Shown here piece after piece: positions 1 to 8,278 of a stretch of DNA of 64,000 nucleotides. Below the pieces are notes generated by a model. It made no database searches. It saw nothing but the letters and a program-made list of their open reading frames with translations, and had not been told where the DNA came from. Numbering within the stretch: position 1 is the first letter of the stretch; every line of letters begins with the position of its first letter. Location of the stretch: positions 6,607 to 70,606 of the forward strand of contig DTSZ01000001.1 of assembly GCA_012965045.1 (NCBI GenBank), given 5' to 3'. The DNA is from Candidatus Saccharimonadota bacterium. Its GTDB lineage: Bacteria; Patescibacteriota; Saccharimonadia; Saccharimonadales; DTSZ01. The position numbers and the translations under genes were made by a program.

Positions 1-2
1 TA

Positions 3-149
3 AATCAAAGGGCGCTCCAAAAGACGGGAACTGGCAGTTACACTATTACAGTTCCAAAACATTTAGTTAAAGCAATGCGCTGGCAAGTACGCCAAGAACT
101 AGTATTTGTTAAAAAGGGCGACAACCTGATTTTAAAAGACGCCGAATAG
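3..149 (+). CDS. C-terminal fragment of a small SpoVT/AbrB-type (MazE-like) DNA-binding protein; the 5' end lies outside the window
   Basis: The frame starting at nt 3 is open from the window edge to TAG at 147-149. My translation is NQRALQKTGTGSYTITVPKHLVKAMRWQVRQELVFVKKGDNLILKDAE*. This shows the '..ItvPk.l...l....gd.l....' pattern typical of SpoVT/AbrB swapped-hairpin domains. It is too short to appear in the supplied ORF track. Confidence 0.5.
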   Translation, partial: NQRALQKTGTGSYTITVPKHLVKAMRWQVRQELVFVKKGDNLILKDAE

Positions 150-187
150 GACCTTTGTAAACCGAAAAAAATTAGCGTAAATCTGTC

Positions 188-216
188 TTTACATACACCC
201 CTGTAGTTGCTACTAT
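188..216 (+). promoter_or_regulatory. Candidate sigma70-type promoter for the 23S-5S unit (TTTACA-N17-TACTAT)
   Basis: TTTACA lies at 188-193, followed by a 17-nt spacer and TACTAT at 211-216, about 200 nt upstream of the mature 23S 5' end. This is a by-eye match to the -35/-10 consensus only. Confidence 0.3.
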
Positions 217-324
217 AAATGAGCACTTTGTGAGTTTTGGCAGTAGTTTATTGACATCGACCTCTGTTTGAACTCACATATTTTCACTTATTTGATGTAA
301 GTGAGTTCGGATGTACTTTAAAAA

Positions 325-410
325 TTTGGATTATACAGATAGGCAAACAGAGGTAATCTTTGACCACGATGAGCGTCAAAGTAATTGCACTCTGTTAGTC
401 ATATGCACAT
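325..410 (+). other. 5' strand of the pre-23S processing duplex (leader)
   Basis: Positions 327-351 (ttggattatacagataggcaaacag) pair with 3961-3986 (ctgtttgctctatctgtataattcaa). Positions 381-411 (gtaattgcactctgttag...cacatg) pair with about 3934-3958 (catgtggctaacatagtgtaattac). Together they form a long RNase III-type duplex bracketing the 23S. Confidence 0.65.
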
Positions 411-682
411 GAAAAGAATAGTAAGAGCATACGATGGATGCCTTGACACAAAATACTGATGAAGGACGTGGTAATCTGCGATAAGCTTCGGGAAGCTGAT
501 ACACAAGCGTTATATCCGAAGATTTCCGAATGGGGAAACCCGGCTAGAGTTATGTCTAGTCACTCTTGTCTGAATATATAGGACAGGTAGAAGGTACCCG
601 GTGAACTGAAACATCTTAGTAACCGGAGGAAGAGAAAATAAGAATGATTCTCCTAGTAGTGGCGAGCGAACGGGGAAGAGAC

Positions 683-873
683 TAAACCTTATATGTTTCC
701 GTCTTTTAGAAGACGGATAAGCTGACAGGCGAAAATATATAAGGGGTTGCAAGAAATCTTATGTCATGAATATTACGATAATTGGTGTTAATTTAACTAC
801 GGTTAGATTGCAGCGATTAGAGTTATATTTATGAATGATTAAGGACTGTCATCCTGATCGTAATTTCGCTGTA
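683..873 (+). other. 23S insertion 1 (domain I, near E. coli position ~270): about 170 extra AT-rich nt
   Basis: About 190 nt lie between gagcgaacggggaagagactaaacc and attagtagaaggttttggaaagaacc, where E. coli (recalled from memory) has about 16-20 nt. The segment contains the self-contained hairpin tccgtctt-ttag-aagacgga flanked by ccttatat/atatataagg. No ORF is present. Confidence 0.6.
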
Positions 874-1241
874 TTAGTAGAAGGTTTTGGAAAGAACCGC
901 CAAAGAACGTGAAAGCCGTGTATACGAAAATGCAGTTTGAACTTATATAGAGGTTTCTTAAGTAGGTCGGGGCACGTGCAATCCTGACTGAATCTGGGAG
1001 GTCCACCTCCCAAGTCTAAATATATTTTGTGATCGATAGCGAACCAGTACCGCGAGGGAAAGGTAAAAAGAACCCCGAGAGGGGAGTGAAATAGATCCTG
1101 AAGTCGTATGCTTACAAGGAGTCGGAGCCTGCTTTATGCGGGTGACGGCGTGCTTTTTGTAGAACGATCCAACGAGTTAATTTTGTCGGCTTGGTTAAGT
1201 CATTTGACGGAGCCATAGTGAAAGCGAGCCTTAATAGGGCG

Positions 1242-1408
1242 TAGGGGTCTCATCCCTGCCAAAAGTTGTATTGCGAGTTTAAATCAGCTGCCTGAAACGG
1301 CGGGAAATTTTTGAAAAGTATCAACCTAGATACTTAGAAAAAATTTAACACCGTTATCAGACGTTGATTTCAGCTCTCATAACCATCTTTTGGTAGAGAC
1401 GAGACCCC
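1242..1408 (+). other. 23S insertion 2 at the helix-25 position (~E. coli 545): about 165 nt, IVS-like hairpin
   Basis: The insertion sits between aatagggcg and aaaggtcggcaggattagacacgaaac. It is closed by ggggtctc (1244-1251) pairing with gagacccc (1401-1408), extended by ctgccaaaag (1255-1264) pairing with cttttggtag (1387-1396). The interior is AT-rich and has no ORF. Confidence 0.7.
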
Positions 1409-2445
1409 AAAGGTCGGCAGGATTAGACACGAAACTAAGTGACCTAACCATGGGCAGGTTGAAGCGGCGGTAAAACGCCGTGGAGGACCGAACCAGGGCA
1501 CGCTGTAAAGTGCTTGGATGACCTGTGGTTAGCGGTGAAATGCCAATCGAACTTAGAAATAGCTTGTTCTCCTCGAAATAGCTTTAGGGCTAGCGTGACG
1601 TGGTAGCAAGTGGGGGTAGAGCTCTGTTTACGATTGGGGTCCGCAAGGATACCCACCGTTGACAAACTACGAATACCATTTGTGAAATCGTTGCAGTCAG
1701 AACCTGGGGGCTAAGCTCCAGGCTCGAAAGGGAAACAGCCCAGATCGCCATCTAAGGTCCCTAAGTCTATGCTAAGTGGGAAACGAGGTGGAATTTCTTA
1801 AACAATGAGGATGTTGGCTTAGAAGCAGCCATTCATTTAAAGAGTGCGTAACAGCTCACTCATCAAGAGATTCTGCGCGGAAAATGTAACGGGGCTAAGC
1901 ATAGCACCGAAGATGCGAATTGCAGTTTACTGCAGTGGTAGAGGAGCGTTCTTGTCAGCGTTGAAGTTGGACTGCGAGGTCTGGTGGAGCGGCAAGAAGT
2001 GAGAATGTTGGAATTAGTAACTATTCGGGAAGTGAGAATCTTCCCCGCCGAAAGAGTCAGGTTTCCTGGGCGATGATCGTCATCCCAGGGTTAGTCGGTC
2101 CTAAGCCGAGGCGAATAGCGTAGGCGATGGACAACGGGTTAATATTCCCGTACCGGTGTGAGTGTTGTAGGAAGTGCGCGGCGTGGTAGTTCGAGCGGTT
2201 TATGGTTATAACCGTTTAACTGTCTAGACTTCGGTCGAAGCAGGAATAAAACCGTTTCTAAGAAATGGAATTTGAATGACCCATGCTGACCAGAAAAGCT
2301 TTCCTATGTTAATAGCTCACTCCGCCCGTACCGCAAACCAACACAGGTACTCAGGTCGAGTAGACCAAGGCGTTCGAGAGAACCTTCGTTAAGGAACTCG
2401 GCAACAAAAGCGGCCGTAACTTCGGGATAAGGCCTGCCCCGTCAC

Positions 2446-2593
2446 ATTGTTTACAATGCGACGAAGCAAATGAAGTTTTGTTGTCAGTTTAAGAACGATT
2501 CATGTTAATTATTTCATATGATATCTATCGTTGAGAAGACACAATATAATTGCTCTTAACTGATGTAACTTCGTCAATAACGTTGTAAATAGC
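2446..2593 (+). other. 23S insertion 3 in the helix-63 region (~E. coli 1710-1750): about 120 extra nt
   Basis: The closing helix is ccccgtcac (2437-2445) paired with gtgacgggg (2594-2602). The interior is strongly AT-rich (for example ttaattatttcatatgatatctatcg). E. coli has a much shorter helix here. Confidence 0.65.
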
Positions 2594-2675
2594 GTGACGG
2601 GGCCGCAGTTAATGAGCCCACGCGACTGTTTACCAAAAACACAGGTCTCTGCTAACACGAAAGTGGATGTATAGG

Positions 2676-2708
<33 letters not shown>

Positions 2709-2764
2709 AAGAGAGTTCACGCTTTCGACTGAAGCCCCGGTGAACGGCGGCGGTAACTATAACC

Positions 2765-2813
<49 letters not shown>

Positions 2814-3050
2814 TGGCGTAACGATGTGGGCACTGTCTCAACGAAGGACTCGGTGAAAGTGCATTGGCGGTAAAGATGCCGTCTGTCCGCATCAGGACGA
2901 GAAGACCCCGTGGAGCTTTACTACAGCTTGGCATTGCATTAGGCTGCGGCTTGTGCAGGATAGGTGGGAGACTTTGAAGCAGATCCGCTAGGATTTGTGG
3001 AGTCACCCGTGAAATACCACCCCTGCCGCCGTTTGATGCTTACCTGGACC

Positions 3051-3199
3051 TCATTTTGCAAAGCAATTTGAAGGATTCCAGCGTAGCTAATTTAAGTAAG
3101 TAACACATATATATAACGGTTAATCGTAATTTTTTATCAAACCTTATGTTTTATTTATTCATTTAGATATACGTGATTTGAATTTGATTTGTAGAATCA
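3051..3199 (+). other. 23S insertion 4 in helix 79 (~E. coli 2200-2225): about 125 extra nt
   Basis: About 150 nt of very AT-rich sequence (taacacatatatataacgg..ttttatttattcatttagatat) lie between gaaataccacccc..gatgcttacc and gggaccgtgtctggtgggtagttta. The closing pair is cctggacc (3043-3050) with ggttcagg (3200-3207). Confidence 0.65.
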
Positions 3200-3423
3200 G
3201 GTTCAGGGACCGTGTCTGGTGGGTAGTTTAACTGGGGCGGTTGCCTCCCAAAGAGTAGCGGAGGCGTTCAAAGGTCGGCTAACCTCGGATGGAAATCGAG
3301 GCTATAGTGCAAGCGCAGAAGCCGGCTTGACTGTGAGACTGACAAGTCAAACAGATACGAAAGTAGGAGCTAGTTGTCCGCTGTCCGTACATTCGTACAT
3401 GAGAGTGGTATCGGCAGCGCTTT

Positions 3424-3454
<31 letters not shown>

Positions 3455-3486
3455 TATAGCGCCCAATAGTTCACATAGACGGCGCT

Positions 3487-3524
<38 letters not shown>

Positions 3525-3525
3525 C

Positions 3526-3593
<68 letters not shown>

Positions 3594-3643
3594 AAGACAG
3601 TTCGGTTTATATCCGATGTGGACGAAAGGAAACTTGAGAGAAT

Positions 3644-3674
<31 letters not shown>

Positions 3675-3885
3675 GAACCTCTGGTGTATCAATTGTCGCA
3701 CCTGCGGCATTGTTGAGTAGCTATGTTCGGTTGTGATAAGTGCTGAAAGCATCTAAAGCACGAAGCCATACTCAAGATTAGGTTTCCCTATGAGATCCCG
3801 GAAAGACTATCCGGTTGATAGGCGCAAGGTGTACGCACTGCAAAGTGTTTAGCCGAAGCGTACTAATAGATCCATTGTCTTTTCA

Positions 3886-3987
3886 TGCTCTGAGTATTTG
3901 GAATAATATGTTCCAGATATTCAGAGAAAACGCATGTGGCTAACATAGTGTAATTACTTTCTGTTTGCTCTATCTGTATAATTCAAT
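3886..3987 (+). other. 3' strand of the pre-23S processing duplex plus an internal spacer hairpin
   Basis: This region is complementary to 325-410 (see the feature above). It also contains a 16-bp hairpin, ctctgagtatttggaa-taatatg-ttccagatattcagag, at about 3889-3927. Confidence 0.6.
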
Positions 3988-4074
3988 TTAAACGTATATA
4001 ATTTAACAACGATTTATTCTTCGCGATGAGAAAAATCTTACGGTTTGTCTCATATCCAAGAATTTGTGGTTTTT

Positions 4075-4186
4075 ATGTTGGTGTCCAAGGCGGAGGGGGT
4101 CCACCCGGCTCCATTCCGAACCCGGCAGTTAAGCCCTCCAGCGGCGATGATACTCCTTGTGGGGAAAGTAGCACGACGCCAACATA
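4075..4186 (+). rRNA. rrf: 5S ribosomal RNA
   Basis: The sequence tgttggtgtccaaggcggagggggtccacccggctccattccgaacccggcagttaagccctccagcggcgatgatactccttgtggggaaagtagcacgacgccaaca carries canonical 5S blocks (ccgaacccgg, gttaagc, gtag). Helix I is tgttggtgtc paired with gacgccaaca. Confidence 0.9.
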
Positions 4187-4226
4187 AAGTTCACAAACAA
4201 AATTAAGTATTGTATCGTTCAAAGCA

Positions 4227-4772
4227 ATGAATATGCTTTCATTTTTTGCTGGCTTCACATACTGCGACGGTTTTCCGTTTGGCGGTGAAGATGGTGCCGG
4301 AATAGTAATCCTTATCGGGATCCTAATCTTTGTGACTGTCGTCTACAGTGTGCGGTTTAACTTCTCTAGCGTATTACTGACTGAACCGATCAACAGAGTA
4401 AAAAAACGGTTACTATTGCTTATAGTAGGGTTGCTAGCAAGCTTCATAACTTTTGGTGTGAGTATCACTTTGCCTTATTTTCTGCCCGTTAGGATAAAGG
4501 GTCTGAGGATGCAGCTTAAAAGGATTACTTTAATAAGTGCTTCTGCCACCCTTGTCCTAGCCTTGTCGGCACACGCTATATATATTCGAAGCAGGTTTTT
4601 GCAGCGGTGCAGCTCTGAGCGTTCAGACGACTATTATTTACCCAGCCAAATGGAGTTGCTTCAGTCACTTGTGATTGTAATTGTAGGGGCGATTGTAGTT
4701 GGGGTAGCGATCAAATATCTATGTAGTTTTTTCGTAGCTCTGGTCAAAATTTTGAGACGGTCAAAAACATAA
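4227..4772 (+). CDS. Hypothetical integral membrane protein (about 4 TM segments)
   Basis: A 181-aa ORF with several long hydrophobic stretches (GIVILIGILIFVTVVY, LLLLIVGLLASFITFGV, LISASATLVLALSA, LVIVIVGAIVVGVAI). I recognise no family. No clear Shine-Dalgarno sequence is present. Confidence 0.45.
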   Translation: MNMLSFFAGFTYCDGFPFGGEDGAGIVILIGILIFVTVVYSVRFNFSSVLLTEPINRVKKRLLLLIVGLLASFITFGVSITLPYFLPVRIKGLRMQLKRITLISASATLVLALSAHAIYIRSRFLQRCSSERSDDYYLPSQMELLQSLVIVIVGAIVVGVAIKYLCSFFVALVKILRRSKT

Positions 4773-4833
4773 TATTGACATAACCTTAATAAAGTGCTAA
4801 AGTTTGTGTAAGTTACGAAAGTTTCTTACAAAC

Positions 4834-4877
4834 AAAAGAGGGTAGTTCACTCCAATCGGAGCGAGCCCCTCTTTTTT
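4834..4877 (+). terminator. Rho-independent terminator-like hairpin (A-tract / GC stem / T-tract)
   Basis: The sequence is aaaagaggg..(cactcc aatc ggagcg)..cccctctttttt. The gaggg/ccctc stem flanked by A4 and T6 could terminate in either direction. It lies about 60 nt after the 4227-4772 stop. Confidence 0.5.
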
Positions 4878-4926
4878 GTTTGGCAGAGCTTGGTGGAACT
4901 TACATTAAATAATGGGAGTTTAAGCA

Positions 4927-5130
4927 ATGGCTGGAACTAAAGCAGGTGGCGCAAAAGCTGCACTAACTAATAAAAAACGATACGGCAAAGACTTTTACGC
5001 TAGCATTGGCGCAAAAGGCGGACGAAACGGTAACACTGGTGGTTTTGCTGCTAACCGTGAACTAGCTCGAAAAGCTGGTGCTAAAGGTGGTCGCATTAGC
5101 CGACGTACTAAAGCAAAAAAATCTGAATAG
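4927..5130 (+). CDS. KGG-repeat general stress protein (GsiB/YciG-like)
   Basis: A 67-aa Gly/Lys/Ala-rich protein with repeated ..GAKGGR.. units (IGAKGGRNGN, AGAKGGRISR), as in the stress-induced KGG repeat family. Confidence 0.7.
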   Translation: MAGTKAGGAKAALTNKKRYGKDFYASIGAKGGRNGNTGGFAANRELARKAGAKGGRISRRTKAKKSE

Positions 5131-5150
5131 AATACAATATATTTAGATCA

Positions 5151-5180
5151 AAAGCCTAAGGCTATGTCCTTAGGCTTTTT
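5151..5180. terminator. Bidirectional terminator hairpin between convergent genes
   Basis: The hairpin is aaagcctaagg-ctatgt-ccttaggctttttg, an 11-bp stem with an A-run upstream and a T-run downstream. It overlaps the stop codon of the minus-strand gene at 5170-5172. Confidence 0.6.
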
Positions 5181-5643
5181 GCTTTGTTGGCACTCGACAA
5201 ACACGCTTTTTTTGGTCAAAGCTGACTTTCCAGAAGGCTTGGCAATTAAGACAGGTGTAGTGAAGTTCGTGGTTTTGGTAGCCAGTTTGCTCACATTCTA
5301 TACATGTTGATCGTTTGTCTAGCCACAGTCGGTATGAGTCGAGGCAGTTTTCGGCAAGGTCATCATTAAATGTAATTGCATACCGTTCGCATAGCTCACG
5401 AGCTTTTTCCCATGCTGCGACCTCTTTTTTTAGAAGATCTACATCATTCTCGATTGAGTTATGGTCTAGCAGGGCGTGCCCTAATTCGTGCAGCAAAATC
5501 AATCGTCCATTTTCTTCACCAATAAATTCAGGATTAAAATAAACTGTTTTTTCTTCTGGGCTCCAGCGAAATTCATCGGCTGCCGAGAAGTTAAGATCAG
5601 TAAAGTCGGACTTAATTTGCTGCAAGGTACTGTTTTGCGGCAT
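5170..5643 (-). CDS. Hypothetical HExxH metallopeptidase-like protein with a C-terminal Cys4 zinc-ribbon
   Basis: The motif LLHELGHALLDH fits HExxH, and downstream CIECEQ...CLNCQ fits CxxC-x12-CxxC. It loosely resembles the ImmA/IrrE-type fold, but I cannot name a family. Its start overlaps the end of the ROK gene by 32 nt. Confidence 0.55.
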   Translation of the reverse strand: MPQNSTLQQIKSDFTDLNFSAADEFRWSPEEKTVYFNPEFIGEENGRLILLHELGHALLDHNSIENDVDLLKKEVAAWEKARELCERYAITFNDDLAENCLDSYRLWLDKRSTCIECEQTGYQNHELHYTCLNCQAFWKVSFDQKKRVCRVPTKQKA

Positions 5644-6445
5644 AAAAACATCCTCGTATTACGCATTGGTTGGGAAATGCGGCTTTCGTTATTGCAGGAA
5701 CCTGCTTTAGTTGTTTTTTGACAGAAAGATACTGGTCGAGGTGTTGAAGTAGGTATTGTTGGTATTTTTCAAACTGTGAGCCTACTGGTCCACCTAAAAT
5801 AACCAAGTCGGTGTCGATAGTTGAAATTAAGTGGCTGAGACCAAGGGCGATATCTTTGGAGAATTCATTCCAGATAGTAGGATCATCAATTTCAGTTGCG
5901 AGCCCACCATAGCGCTGATTAAACGCCCGCGCCGAGGCAAGATCCTCCCAAACCACAGTTGTGCCGTTCTTTTCGAACGGCATCATGCCTACTTCGTCCC
6001 GGCTCATTTCTGGTTCGATTTTTTTATCAACAATCACGCCAGCTCCTATACCGGTGCTCAGAGTAACGTATAGATTTACGCTATGACCTACACCAGCACC
6101 AGAAATTGCCTCTGAAAGTCCGCCGAGTTTCGCGTCGTTGTTAATAATCACATGACAGTTGAGTAATTTATTGAAATCTTCGACTAGATGAATGTTTTTC
6201 CAGTCTTTATTACCTAAAATAGGCACAGATTTTTTATCACGAGAAACAGGTCCTGGAACAGCAAAACTGGCAATAGTTAATGGTTGCGGTGAAAATTCAC
6301 TAACTATCTGTGCAGTGATGTTTTTAAATTCTGCATAAGTTTCTGGAGTGGCGATTTTTTTTTGAACAACTGGCTGTGGGTCGTTTTGTAATGGAAACAA
6401 CGAAAAAAGTGTTTTTGTTCCGCCAATGTCTACCCCTAAAATCAT
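5612..6445 (-). CDS. ROK-family sugar kinase (putative glucokinase)
   Basis: The N-terminal MILGVDIGGTKT is the ATP-binding phosphate-1 motif. NNDAKLGGLSE and GIGAGVI are typical ROK/glucokinase blocks. Confidence 0.8.
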   Translation of the reverse strand: MILGVDIGGTKTLFSLFPLQNDPQPVVQKKIATPETYAEFKNITAQIVSEFSPQPLTIASFAVPGPVSRDKKSVPILGNKDWKNIHLVEDFNKLLNCHVIINNDAKLGGLSEAISGAGVGHSVNLYVTLSTGIGAGVIVDKKIEPEMSRDEVGMMPFEKNGTTVVWEDLASARAFNQRYGGLATEIDDPTIWNEFSKDIALGLSHLISTIDTDLVILGGPVGSQFEKYQQYLLQHLDQYLSVKKQLKQVPAITKAAFPNQCVIRGCFYAAKQYLAAN

Positions 6446-6545
6446 AGACCTAATTGTAACGAAAAAAACATATATAAGGTATTTGTTTTTATTTCTCTTT
6501 TATAGTATAATTAACATAATCGAAAAAGGTGTAAGGAGTATTTAC

Positions 6546-7013
6546 ATGGCAGATTTGCAAGAAGCATTGGCAGCTAGAGAGCGTCGTTCGCGATTTACAG
6601 CGATAGCAATTAGTGTAGTTATTATTCTTATTGTTGGTTTTATTGTATTTAGGATTGCTAATAATGGCGACAGCGAACAAGACGTGGCAAGTAGTGGGCA
6701 AGAGCAAACAGAGCAAATCGAGTCAGAATCTGGCGACAATACAGAAACTGCAGTTGACCTCGACGAGTTGTTTGGATCACAAGAAAGTGACGCTAACTCA
6801 GACGAACCTGTGGCTGAAGTCGAAGACGAACCAGCTGAGAGTGCTACCGATACTACTGAGGTTGCGAGCAACGCAACCAGCACGACATCGACTGGGGATC
6901 TTCCTAACACCGGCCCTGCAGAAAACGCAGCACTTGCTGTTGTAGTGCTCGGTGCCGCCTATGCTGTTTATACTCAAAACAAAACGAAACTAGCCGAAGC
7001 TCGGCTTAAATAA
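6546..7013 (+). CDS. Small acidic LPXTG-motif surface protein (sortase substrate) with an N-terminal signal-anchor
   Basis: I prefer the start at MADLQEALAARE.. (ATG 6546) over the track start at 6426. The protein has an N-terminal TM segment (FTAIAISVVIILIVGFIVF) and an Asp/Glu/Ser/Thr-rich middle. The C-terminus reads LPNTG + hydrophobic AALAVVVLGAAYAVY + basic tail KTKLAEARLK, which is a classical cell-wall sorting signal. Confidence 0.65.
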   Translation: MADLQEALAARERRSRFTAIAISVVIILIVGFIVFRIANNGDSEQDVASSGQEQTEQIESESGDNTETAVDLDELFGSQESDANSDEPVAEVEDEPAESATDTTEVASNATSTTSTGDLPNTGPAENAALAVVVLGAAYAVYTQNKTKLAEARLK

Positions 7014-7199
7014 TTACCACCTGTTTACAAACAGAGGTAAACAGATTACAATACACTCCGAATACATTTATCAATTAATTCGGTGATGAATGGTCATGGG
7101 CTACCCCTCTTACTTTCTGAGGAAGGAATCTTCAGTAGATTTCTTTTACTCGAAAAAGTTAAGAAGGGAGTTACCAGAACAAAGGAGAATGCCTAAGAT

Positions 7200-8255
7200 A
7201 TGGCAAAAGATTTAACAATGGATGAGTTGCTAGCCGAAGAAGAGGTTAAGCAGCTAAAACAAAGCGAAACAATAGAAGGAACAGTACTTAGTGCTCACAA
7301 GCACGAGATTTGGGTAGACCTTGGTGCTCAAGGTGTCGGTATAGTTATGCGTCGTGAGATTGGTCACGGCAACCGAGACCTAAAAGAAGGTGACTCAATT
7401 GTAGCCAGTATTGTCGACCCAGAGCTCGATAATGGTGTGGCGTTACTAAGCTTGAGAAAAGCAGCGAAAGACCGTGGTTGGGATGATTTACTCGCCAAAT
7501 TTGAAGCTGGCGAAGTTATCGAGGTTAAACCTTACGACGCAAACAGAGGCGGTTTACTAGTTGAAGTTGATGGGATTCGCGGATTCCTTCCAGTCTCACA
7601 GCTTTCAGCAAAACACTACCCACGGGTAGCGGGTGCAGATAAAGATGAAATTCTACAAAAACTCAACGACCTACGAGGACAAATACTACGAGTACGAATC
7701 CTTGATGTAGATCGTAAGCAGAACAAGCTAATTTTCTCAGAAAAAGAAGCAGTGCGTGAAGACATGCAAGAACGTCTTAAAGAACTTAAAGAAGGTGACA
7801 AAGTAACCGGCACAATTACCGGCGTTGTAGACTTTGGCGCATTTGTGAACGTGTCTGGCATTGAAGGACTCATTCACATTTCTGAAATTTCTTGGGACCG
7901 CGTAGAAAACCCAAGTGACTATGTAAAAGTTGGCGACCAAGTTGACGCAAAAGTTATCGCAATCGACAAAGACCGGCTAAGCTTGAGCCTCAAACAACTT
8001 CAGGAAGACCCATGGCTTAAAGAAGTAAATGACTACAAAGAAAATGACACAGTAAGTGGAACTGTTACTCGAATAACTCCATTTGGTGCGTTTATCCAAA
8101 TTAGCCCAGCGGTAGAAGCGCTTGTGCATGTTTCTGAGCTTGGCGAAGGTGACGCAGCTGATCCTGATAAGTTGTTTAAACTTAATGAGAAAAAAGAGTT
8201 TACAATTATTGCTATCGACAAAGAGGCGCGCAAAATTTCACTACGATTAAACTAA
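7200..8255 (+). CDS. rpsA: 30S ribosomal protein S1 (four S1 domains)
   Basis: Repeated S1/OB units are visible (G.V......G..V.L....G.....E). An aaggag SD lies about 10 nt upstream. Confidence 0.9.
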   Translation: MAKDLTMDELLAEEEVKQLKQSETIEGTVLSAHKHEIWVDLGAQGVGIVMRREIGHGNRDLKEGDSIVASIVDPELDNGVALLSLRKAAKDRGWDDLLAKFEAGEVIEVKPYDANRGGLLVEVDGIRGFLPVSQLSAKHYPRVAGADKDEILQKLNDLRGQILRVRILDVDRKQNKLIFSEKEAVREDMQERLKELKEGDKVTGTITGVVDFGAFVNVSGIEGLIHISEISWDRVENPSDYVKVGDQVDAKVIAIDKDRLSLSLKQLQEDPWLKEVNDYKENDTVSGTVTRITPFGAFIQISPAVEALVHVSELGEGDAADPDKLFKLNEKKEFTIIAIDKEARKISLRLN

Positions 8256-8278
8256 ATTAAACAGAAGGAGGCACCACT

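Noticed and set aside
6426-6545. Upstream extension of the LPXTG protein ORF (track start 6426, MSTPKIIDLIVTKKTYIRYLFLF..)
   Set aside because: The extension overlaps the ROK gene start on the opposite strand and runs through the AT-rich divergent promoter region. The ATG at 6546 gives a normal charged N-terminus plus a TM segment.
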